A stretch of DNA of 20,429 bases, taken from Ginkgo biloba (taxonomy: Eukaryota; Plantae; Ginkgophyta). The notes under the pieces were generated by a model. It searched no databases, was not told the DNA's origin, and worked only from the letters and a program-made list of their open reading frames with translations. Shown here in pieces: positions 10,630-20,429 of the stretch. The stretch lies in assembly GCA_024626585.2 (NCBI GenBank), contig JANKJI020000002.1, positions 31,335,159-31,355,587 on the forward strand, read 5' to 3'. A program made the translations under genes and the position numbers. Numbering within the stretch: position 1 is the first letter of the stretch; every line of letters begins with the position of its first letter.

Positions 10630-11616
10630 CTACATTGTGTGTGCATGTGATCAAAATTGGATTAAATTTATGATAATCTAAGTCAATCCCTTCCTGTGAT
10701 TATTTGAACATAAATTGGTATTTTATTTGTCTGTAGTAAGCTTATATTTGTGATGGGTTGCCAAAAGTAAATAGGAGAATATGTTTGAAAGAGAATGGCT
10801 TTAGAAATTAGTATAGTCAAGAGCAAAAAGAAGCTCAAAGAACATCTAGGAAATAATGTCCTTCGGGTAATACTTTTCTTCAGTTCACCAATAGTCTCAA
10901 TGGATTATATTCTAGGGTCTTTAAGAATCAGGGTTTTGCTCTAAGATTTTTGGTAATTATTTTTCGTGGGGCCACTTATCTTTGTGGATTTGGGACTACT
11001 CTATAATCTAAAAAATAAATCTAGGTACTTTCTATTCTGCTCATCTTCAAACTTTTGGATTTTTTTGAGTTTTATTGAAAAAACATGGATCTCTTGAATT
11101 TAGCGATCACATTATAGAAACATCCAAAAGGATTAATATGCCCCACATACCATTTGAACACTATCCTACCTCCTAATTTATCTTCAACACTTGGAAGATC
11201 CCTTATAAATAGATTTTTTGTTCTTTGTGTACTATACTATTCTTGGGGATAAAGAGACAGAGTCACTACTTCTTGCATACTATCCTATGCTTGAAAGTAG
11301 AAAGCCTTAATGATAATTTTTCCAAACCAATGGAGGTGAAAAATTCATAGGAGGAAGGGCGGGTTATTCTATCTCTAGAGCAATTTCACATCTTGAGACA
11401 AAAGGGCATTGAGTGGGTTTATTGTATTGTTGAAGCTTTCTTTTTCTTGAAATTATTTTCATGCTTCAGTTTTGGGTAGTAATGTTGGTGGTGAAAGATA
11501 ATTGATTTTTTTTAATTTACATTAAAATATGAGAGGGGATAGTTTACTATAATTTATTTCAATAAAAGTTGAAATTCTATCATTCTAAGATATTCAAATT
11601 ATTCTTCTTGCATATA

Positions 11617-11793
11617 TCTATACCTATATACTATTAGGCATTTTTAATTCAAAATTAAAAGAGGGTCGGTAGACTAAAAAAAATATAGGGTTCGAGGAAA
11701 AAATACTTGTGGTAATTATTTTCCAACCTTTTTTTGTGTTTACCATAAAGTGTTGTTGTCTATGATAATTAATTGACATAGGTAATGGACTAG
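11617..11793 (+). mobile_element. Probable short non-autonomous Helitron (177 bp)
   Basis: 5' A|TCTATACCTATATACTATT; 3' near-palindrome ctatgataattaattgacatag (11760-11781), then 8 nt, then CTAG|T; sits between A and T with no TSD. Confidence 0.5.
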
Positions 11794-13169
11794 TAGTAGT
11801 ATTATACTAAAAAAATAGCATTCGTCCCCCAAACAAAGAAATAGAAATGAAAACAAATTTCAAGTCCGGTCCTTTGAATGCCATTGAAATATTATAAGTA
11901 TAATAATTTATTATTATAAAAATAATATAAATAATTATAAGTTCATTGAAAGGTGATTGGGAAGGAATGTGGTATGGTGTGAAGTAAATGTGAATGTGGA
12001 TGGGAGAGCACAATAATGTGCCACTGTCAAATCTCAACAACTTGTGGAAAGGGTATCCAATGTACAGAGATTGTTAAGAATTTTGGATCAAAATTTGAAA
12101 TTCTCTATTTTAGGGGTTTGTAACATATCTAAATTGCGCAAAGAGTTGGTGGGAGAATTATCTATAAAAATGAATTTCTTCATTTCATTATAAAACTCCC
12201 TTGCTTAATTTCACTATTTTTTATTGATGGAGTAATTAAGTGTGTTATAAGAATATTTGGACCTTCGTCAACTTCTCTCATATTTATTATTGGGTATATG
12301 AATATCTACTACATAAATAGTGGAAGAAATTCCTAACTATGAGAAGGTATTTATTACAAATAATCATCTTAAGGTAAGAATATTTAGCCTCTAGATCTTT
12401 TAAAACCTTATGTTAAATAACTTATTTTTTAGATCGGTTGTTGAAGTGTTTTTTCTTTTTTAGTATGCACTATTGCAAAGTTGCATGCCCATGCCAATAT
12501 AGAAGGCAGGTAAAATCTATTAGAATTATTAAAATGCTTGATATTAGTGTAACATATATTTCATCCAAGTTACTCTTCATGGAATGTATTACAAGTTCAT
12601 TGTTGGGTAATCTCTAAAATGACATAATGTGGAGAATTTTATGTTTTCAAGACACATGAACAATTCGAAATATAATCTATAATATTATCCCTATCCTATG
12701 AACTATGATTGATATATTTTACTTCATATTTTCTATTGGTTCATGTTTCCAACTATATTTCATGAAAGTATAGAGATTACTTATGGATATCTTTTACTTA
12801 AGATGTTCTTTTATCTCTTATCATTCCCATCCTCAATAACCTCTAAAGTTAAGATGAAATAATGGAAAAGCTCTATTAGTTTTTGTTATTGTAATTTATT
12901 TCCCTCTAGAGAAGCACCATTATCACTTCCAAGGAGTAAAAGCATAAATGGGTAACCTTAGAATTTATGTTGCTAATATTTGGGTTTGATCACATGCNNN
13001 NNNNNNNNNNNNNNNNNNNNNNNNNNNNNNNNNNNNNNNNNNNNNNNNNNNNNNNNNNNNNNNNNNNNNNNNNNNNNNNNNNNNNNNNNNNNNNNNNTAA
13101 GTAAGTAAGACTATGTTCCAAGGAAAATATTAAAATTCATACTATTGAATTATAAATCCTACAATATTC

Positions 13170-14050
13170 CTTAGTTATTTGTCTATAATTTCAAAATGGA
13201 TGGAGGAAGTCTCTTCCTCAGAGAAAAAAGGGAAAACTTTATGCACCCCAATTTTAGCCAATATATCCCCAGCCCATAAAGCATTATGAATTAAGAATCA
13301 AATGAATGACTTTATTTCTCTCTTATACATTCATGATCCAAAATATTTTACACCGTATTTTCCATGCCTACTCAGGATTCGCCACTTGCCACATATAAAT
13401 ATATCATTTTCCCAAATATAGAAAAGGATTAAGGTGTTTATATTTTTTTTTAACCGTGTAATGTAGAAAAGGAGTAGATTATTTTCAATACCATTTGGCC
13501 CACTAAAGAACATTGTTTAAAGAACATACTTAGACCTAATCTCTTAAGGTATAATGAATGAGAGTTTATATAAAATAATTGGCTTAGAATTAAGCATCAA
13601 TCTTAGACTTTTAAATTCATGTGAGATAAACTAATTTCTAGTGATAAATTTCTATAAATTTTATACCATCACAATCCCCTTTTTAAACCAAATTTGAGCT
13701 TGTTATAGACATACCATCTCAAAGGGTTTATGATCTATTTATTTTATCCTACTCCACCATAATGATGTTTTGAATGCAATAGATTTATTTCCTATGATCT
13801 TGTCTTTTCTACTTGAGGAATCTTCTTCCCTTCTCCCATGCCTTATATATTGCCTCAAATTCTAATAAGTGTTTTGTATTAGTATTGACCTTAACTATTA
13901 GCAATTTTTCCTTGCAAGACCCTCCCAAGACTTAATCCACACTAATAGGCCATATTTAATTCTAAAATTAGTCAACTCTTTCCATGGTCCCTTGTCTTGA
14001 TTACATTATAGTTCTTATTCAATCATACATCTTATTCAAATATTTTTATG
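13170..14050 (-). mobile_element. Highly decayed LINE (L1-like) ORF2 C-terminal region including a zf-RVT-like motif
   Basis: Minus-strand patches DKGPWKELTNFRIK, FEAIYKAWEKGRRFL, QAQIWFKKGI and EIKSFI*FLIHNALWAGDILAKIG..FPFFSEEETSSIHF. The last resembles KxKxFxWxxxHxxLxTxDxL..CxxCxxxxETxxHLF with the cysteines decayed. Confidence 0.6.
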
Positions 14051-14698
14051 GAATGGTTCCTTATATATTAGAGTCTTACTTAAGGTAAAATGGTCAATTC
14101 ATTATGCTAATCAAGATGAAAGTGTCATGGGGATTCATGATCTTAGAGCTTAGGGGATTGAATTATATTGTAAATGGATTGAATATTTATTTTTTAATTT
14201 TTATAATTTCCTTTATTTTTTCTATAGTTATTTCAAATCTATCATTTATTACAAAATTCAAGAATTGGACTCTATGCCTATTCAATTTTTGAATTTTGAG
14301 ATCATTCCAAAATCGTTGTAACATTTGAATTGTGATCAAAATATTGAATTTCATTTGGTAATATTTGAGTCATTTTTCATATATAAGAACAAGATCAAGT
14401 TATTTTTGGAGTTGGTCTTTAAGAAGTGAAGCAATTATTCTTTAATTAAATTGTGTGTTTTGGTTTTCCTTTAATCTTGAAAAAATAGTTCTTTATTTTT
14501 GCATGTATCCTCACTTTTAACATCAAAAGTTGAGATTCAAATGTTAATTTAATAGTTTAAAGTCATGTTGTTTGATTGCTCATATCTTATGTAAGATTAT
14601 TTGATTTCTTTACTTGTAGTTTATTTGTTTTATTTTAATAGGATCAAAGGTCTATATCCCAATTATTGTCTAGTGTATAATTTTAACTTTTTTTTTCT

Positions 14699-15036
14699 TG
14701 TTTTATCCAATGATTGACCCAGTGCAGATTACAGTGTTGTCTTATAGTGTCTAATGCTTGACTATTTATAGACAAACAACTTGTCTATCTTACTTTGAGA
14801 CAAATTNNNNNNNNNNNNNNNNNNNNNCTTTGACCATTATTTTAGAGCTCAATTATGACCTTCCTTCCTGTAATATGTTAGAATATATGAATGCGAAGGA
14901 AATAAACATAACACATAAATCAATCATAACAAAGACCAATTAAGGATATAGAATAATAATTTCATTCAAATTTACAAAACATAGAATTTACACTCAGCTC
15001 TCTCTGCTTTGGGGTTCTTATCCATACATATTTATA
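14699..15036 (-). repeat. LTR (3' LTR, partial)
   Basis: Begins TG on + (terminal CA on -). 85/100 identical to 16281-16380 over 14701-14800. TATAAATA on the minus strand at 15029-15036. Confidence 0.8.
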
Positions 15037-16278
15037 NNNNNNNNNNNNNNNNNNNNNNNNNNNNNNNNNNNNNNNNNNNNNNNNNNNNNNNNNNNNNNNN
15101 NNNNNNNNNNNNNNNNNNNNNNNNNNNNNNNNNNNNGGTTTTTTTTTTTTTTTCCTATGTTATTCCTTAGAGAGTAGTTACAAACTCCCTCCATTTGATA
15201 TTATCATATGTGATACCTCTAGGGTCCGAGACACTCACAGGTAAAGAGATACCTTTCTATATCCCCACTTATTTCAAAAGTAGAAAGACGTAGAAATACA
15301 TCCAAAATTTGTGTAGGTGTGGTATTACTTACTAAGGAGGTTGGCATGGCTATGTTCTACAGTTGTGGTCTTCTTCTTTATGTTAACCATCATTGAACTC
15401 TTTAAGCCCTAATTTTCCTTCATTTTCTAGCGGGGTCATATGGGTTCACTAGTATTTTTCTTACAATACCAATTATAAGATAATAATGTGTTTATCCTAG
15501 AAGGTTTTCCCCTTGCTTTCTAGTAGAGAGACTTCTTGGCCAGTAAAGTTACTTTACAAATATAAGAAAGTGGTTCCCAAGTGAATAAACGCGTATGAAA
15601 ATCTTCATCCCTTTTTGGAGCAGATGAGAGTTGGTTAATAATTCTTTAACCTCTAAAGGAGATCCCACCAATTGATGTCTCGGTCCTACTCTTCCTAATA
15701 TGCATATTTATGGGTAACTTATTTCAAAAAAGGGTGTGAAAGTCCTATGCAAAGCCTTTTTTCCTAAACTCTAAAGGCTTTTATTATCCTCTCCCCCAAT
15801 TATTATCCTAAGTAACCCATATTCGTTTAGACTAGGTCATAAGGGAATGATATTCTTTCAAATTAGATCATAATAGTAATATGTGTAGTACAATATGATA
15901 ATCAACATAGTACCACACTACAAGAGTATTTTATCTGATTAGTAATTGTCGATGTATAATGATTTGATGTCCATAGAGTCTTAGGAATGAGATGGTGTAT
16001 GCTAGGGATGCATAACACATATTCTTATCAATTTCTAAGTGAAAAGGATATGCTCTATTTGAGCTTGCGATGAATTTGTGGGATCTTTCTCACTGTATGT
16101 TCAATCATCAAGGATTTTAATCATGGATCCTTTTTACTCAATGATTCATAGAATTGCCCTCTTGATCACTCTTTCTAGTTGTCTTTGGGGATCCAAATTT
16201 AGGTATTAACTATCCAACCTTAGAATAAGAATTTTTATATTGTTATTCAAAACTTCCTAACTTTAGAAATGAAATGAA

Positions 16279-16491
16279 TATTTTATCCAATGATTGAGCC
16301 AATGTAGATTGCAGTGTTGTCTTACAGTGTCTAACACTCGACTATTTATAGATAAATGACTTTTTTATCTTACTCTAAGATTGATACTCTTATATTTCTT
16401 ATTCTTTAACCATCATTTTAGATCTCAAATATGACCTTCCTTCTTACAATATATCAACATATATGCATGCTAAGGAAAGCAACACAACACA
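16279..16491 (-). repeat. LTR (5' LTR, U5 end, partial)
   Basis: Homologous to 14699-14915; terminal TG mutated to TA; lies upstream of the 5'UTR and gag on the minus strand. Confidence 0.8.
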
Positions 16492-18423
16492 NNNNNNNNN
16501 NNNNNNNNNNNNNNNNNNNNNNNNNNNNNNNNNNNNNNNNNNNNNNNNNNNNNNNNNNNNNNNNNNNNNNNNNNNNNNNNNNNNNNNNNNNNNNNNNNNN
16601 NNNNNNNNNNNNNNNNNNNNNNNNNNNNNNNNNNNNNNNNNNNNNNNNNNNNNNNNNNNNNNNNNNNNNNNNNNNNNNNNNNNNNNNNNNNNNNNNNNNN
16701 NNNNNNNNNNNNNNNNNNNNNNNNNNNNNNNNNNNNNNNNNNNNNNNNNNNNNNNNNNNNNNNNNNNNNNNNNNNNNNNNNNNNNNNNNNNNNNNNNNNN
16801 NNNNNNNNNNNNNNNNNNNNNNNNNNNNNNNNNNNNNNNNNNNNNNNNNNNNNNNNNNNNNNNNNNNNNNNNNNNNNNNNNNNNNNNNNNNNNNNNNNNN
16901 NNNNNNNNNNNNNNNNNNNNNNNNNNNNNNNNNNNNNNNNNNNNNNNNNNNNNNNNNNNNNNNNNNNNNNNNNNNNNNNNNNNNNNNNNNNNNNNNNNNN
17001 NNNNNNNNNNNNNNNNNNNNNNNNNNNNNNNNNNNNNNNNNNNNNNNNNNNNNNNNNNNNNNNNNNNNNNNNNNNNNNNNNNNNNNNNNNNNNNNNNNNN
17101 NNNNNNNNNNNNNNNNNNNNNNNNNNNNNNNNNNNNNNNNNNNNNNNNNNNNNNNNNNNNNNNNNNNNNNNNNNNNNNNNNNNNNNNNNNNNNNNNNNNN
17201 NNNNNNNNNNNNNNNNNNNNNNNNNNNNNNNNNNNNNNNNNNNNNNNNNNNNNNNNNNNNNNNNNNNNNNNNNNNNNNNNNNNNNNNNNNNNNNNNNNNN
17301 NNNNNNNNNNNNNNNNNNNNNNNNNNNNNNNNNNNNNNNNNNNNNNNNNNNNNNNNNNNNNNNNNNNNNNNNNNNNNNNNNNNNNNNNNNNNNNNNNNNN
17401 NNNNNNNNNNNNNNNNNNNNNNNNNNNNNNNNNNNNNNNNNNNNNNNNNNNNNNNNNNNNNNAGGCTAAAGGAAAAAAAAAGGCATACAAGGCCAAGATT
17501 TGAACCCTAATTTTATTTTATTTTTGTAGAGTATCACCTTGTCTCAGCATCAACCTCATAGTTATATTAAAATAAATAAAATATTTTGGTCAAAATTTAC
17601 TGGACAAAAAATGAGTTGTGGTGTTGTGAACTTAATGAATGGTCATACTTCACTAGCGAACTTATTCCATAATNNNNNNNNNNNNNNNNNNTCCAAACCC
17701 TTCTCTAATTATGTCATGTCAAAAGGTAATTATGAAATATATTAATCATTGAAGCTCTAATAATCTTTCTAATTTCAAGTTATGTAAATATTTTAATGTT
17801 TATCTCTTTTATAAGTGATACTTATAAAAGGATAAGTTGGATAAGAGAGGTGGTCTATCAAAGCTGCTTAGACTACTTTCAAACACCCATACCGTTGGCC
17901 TTCTATACTTGTTTTTGGAACCTAATCTCTTATCCATAGTCTTATATTCATCTTTGTTAAAAACATTTCCTTTGATAAGCCCTATATTAATTAAAAGGAA
18001 TAACCTCCTTTATTTTTTTTCAAAATCCATTAATGCACAGTCAGTATGGTTGCTCACCCATTCCTACTAACCTACTACATTTTAATGAAAGGTGGATGCA
18101 TATAGTTAATAATGATGATTTGTTTAGTTTTATTATGTTATGTTATTTTAATGTAAAAGAATGAAAGTTTTAATAAATACTCTGAATAATATTTAGCCAC
18201 TATGTTCATTGTTAATAGGAATAACAATATAACTTATTATTTAATTATAGTAATTTCCCAATTCTTTGATTGAGGAGGCTATTAAATGGTACCTATGTTT
18301 ACTAGATAAATATACCTTTAGATTCAACTAGTTGATCACATAACTTTAAATCTATTTTTATATTCCCTAAGCATTTAACATAAGAATCAAATCACATATA
18401 GGTATTCAACATGTTAAAGAAGA

Positions 18424-18440
18424 ATATATATATATATATA
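18424..18440. repeat. (AT)8 microsatellite
   Basis: atatatatatatatata. Confidence 0.85.
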
Positions 18441-18873
18441 GCTAAATATGTCGACAAATTTCTTACAACAAATGAAATACGATATCATTTCCCAAGACTA
18501 AATTCTCTTAGGAATATTCCTAAAGAGCCTAAAAGAAAATATTAATTTAAAGGTAGTTAAAATGTTACCCATTACTAGATAATATACTTTATTCTTAAAT
18601 TCACCTATATTCATTGAGGAATTCTAAGCTCAACCATAAAAAATAAAGAAAAGAAAACACCCCTCAAGTTATCTATGATTATAATTTAGTAGGTGGAGTA
18701 ATTTGATACACCACTACTCAACCACTTCCATTATCTCTACCACCCCAATATTAACATAAACACATATAAATTACATAACTATCTAGGAATAGAGAGGTGT
18801 TCACCCAAATATTGAATAGAACTACCATAAATTGATTTTGTGATAGAGTATTGGTTAAGGAATATATCTAATT

Positions 18874-20079
18874 TTTTGTTAAAGGATTGGCCAAAGCTAT
18901 GAACACAGGAAATGAGGTAGACATCTAGATCTAAGAAGCCAAAGATTGCATGGATTTTGATAGAGCCTCCAAAGGTAATCCTAGCAAAGTAGGAGCAGGG
19001 GGTTGGATCTACAACCAAAGGGATGGGATTGTCACCATTTTTNNNNNNNNNNNNNNNNNNNNNNNNNNNNNNNNNNNNNNNNNNNNNNNNNNNNNNNNNN
19101 NNNNNNNNNNNNNNNNNNNNNNNNNNNNNNNNNNNNNNNTAATCAGAGGGGACTCTAAGTTAGTCATTAATCAGATTGAAAATAATTAGATGGTGAAATC
19201 TTAGCTCCTCAAAGATAAAAAGAATAGAGCAAAATCCCTTATGGACAAGCTCACCTTGTGTGAAAATTTGCACGTTCGTAGGAAATGGAATGGTGTGGCG
19301 AATCTAGGTGTCATTATTCCTCTACGATCTCACCTCACCATGACCATATCAGCAAATTCTATCCACCAAGGAAGGTATGTGACAAGGCAAGTGACAAGAT
19401 GGATTTTGGGATATGTAATGAGGGGGAAGGTGAATGTTAGTTCCTTATTAACCTAATGCAACCTTTGGAGTAAAAATCTTGAAAGTGAAAGGCCTCCAGA
19501 GTTCTTTGTAATCGCTAGCAGAGATGGATCAACAAGAGAAGACAGGAGCACTAGAAGAGAAGAGGGATGCAGCAATGTCCACATTGGCCAAATGGGAAAC
19601 ATATCTCCTAGCCAAAGAGATGTTGAAATCCATGGAAGCAGGTCTCCAAGGTCTGATTTTGTCGATCTAGGACTTGTAGAAGGGCGTTCGCTCTGTAAAG
19701 GAGGTAGTTCAAGCAATCTCTATGGCTTCAATTCATATAATGCATGACTTGGCCCATTTTCACTGTAGACTTGGCCATTACTCACACCCTATGGCGAAAA
19801 CATCCCTCTGTGTAACCTACCCTTCAATGATCAAGCAATAGAAGGGGGAAGTTAATGATGAGGTTTTCGAGGACCTTTAATTACAATGGTAAAGATAGTT
19901 CGAAGCAACTTTTCGAGCATCCAGGTTCTATGTTTGTATTTACTGCCTGGTGTTTTGTAAGTAGGCTTGGTTATATAAGTGGTCCTATGAAAGGCTTCTA
20001 CTGTAAGTCGTTAACCATCTAAGAATAGTCCTGTAAATTTTTTTTCTGTTAATAATATTTTCCTTTTCAACAAAAAAAA
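18874..20079 (+). mobile_element. 5'-truncated LINE (L1-like, RNase H-bearing) with poly(A) tail and 17-bp TSD
   Basis: aaggaatatatctaatt is repeated exactly at 18857-18873 and 20080-20096. An A-run lies at 20072-20081, preceded by ttaataata. The insertion site is TT|AA, and an RNase H remnant lies inside. Confidence 0.9.
18950..19310 (+). pseudogene. RNase HI-like domain (RVT_3 / plant non-LTR type) of LINE ORF2
   Basis: DFDRASKGNPSKVGAGG (FDGASKGNPGxAGxGG), IRGDSKLVINQ (IEGDSxLVI), HVRRKWNGVA (HVxRExNxxAD); TAG stops at likely Trp positions (19187, 19202). Confidence 0.9.
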
Positions 20080-20429
20080 AAGGAATATATCTAATTACTA
20101 TAAAATAATGAACTTAGTAATACAAAAATCAATCCCATTTTATTATTTAATCCATAATCACCATTTGATAACCAAAGGTTGTAGTGAAAAATATGCCTTG
20201 ATATATATCCCATAAAATAACCCCATATAACTCATCAATCATAAGGGGGTGTCTTGAAAGGATAAATAAGGCTAGTCCTTTTCATTTCAAAATATGTCAT
20301 ATAATATCTATACATTTTAATAAATTTTCCTTAAATATTTATATTTCATATTTTATATATTGAATTTTTTTTCCAAATAAATATATTTATATAAGAAAAA
20401 AATCCATTTCTTAAAGTTTTTCCTTGGAT

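Larger units (their letters stand above)
14699..16491 (-). mobile_element. Old Ty3/gypsy LTR retrotransposon with two partial LTRs, 5'UTR and gag start; same family as the 2495-6526 element
   Basis: Direct repeats begin at 14699 and 16279. Region 15150-16100 is colinearly homologous to 5630-6525 (e.g. tgtcca.agagtc.t, ggatgcata, aatttctaagtgaaaa, ctccatttgatatt). Both LTRs run into N gaps. Confidence 0.8.

Noticed and set aside
12250-12990. Possible LINE RT remnant on the minus strand (KVTHLCF, LPAFYIGM)
   Set aside because: Motifs are too decayed (no ADD) and spaced about twice as far apart as expected; not supportable without an HMM search
16431-17510. Long ORFs of 346-359 aa in the ORF track, and the other X-filled ORFs
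   Set aside because: Artefacts of reading through N gaps
17800-17936. AT-rich hairpin at 17800-17835 and an 11-bp inverted repeat at 17838/17936 as a possible MITE
   Set aside because: No TSD; short AT-rich arms are plausible by chance
18508-18523. Perfect 16-bp palindrome ttaggaatattcctaa
   Set aside because: An 8-bp arm is expected occasionally in 20 kb of AT-rich DNA, and there is no supporting context
20179-20186. ttgtagtg (reverse complement CACTACAA) as a CACTA terminus
   Set aside because: Only 8 bp, with no matching partner TIR or subterminal repeats nearby

Overview
AT-rich, CpG-depleted, gap-ridden eukaryotic genomic DNA. It is most likely from a large-genome land plant; the Ty3/gypsy and LINE sequence styles resemble gymnosperm/conifer elements (inference). 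Most of the window is a graveyard of decayed retroelements: at least four Ty3/gypsy remnants on both strands, including an LTR pair about 85% identical; one very old LINE remnant; and one 5'-truncated LINE with an exact 17-bp target-site duplication, a poly(A) tail and an RNase H domain. There is also a probable 177-bp non-autonomous Helitron. Embedded at about 9.3-10.65 kb on the minus strand is the 3' end of an intact spliced host gene that the ORF track misses: three GT-AG-bounded exons encoding a coiled-coil C-terminus whose family I cannot name. Everything to its right is probably one long TE-filled intron. The best leads are coding-like sequence downstream of the LINE RNase H, hairpin-embedded splice-site motifs and several splicing options at the gene's 3' end, and a decayed array of palindromic CCGAC-N3-GTCGG motifs at the window start. 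No bacterial-type system (CRISPR, operon, etc.) is present, and I cannot demonstrate a clearly novel system from sequence alone.
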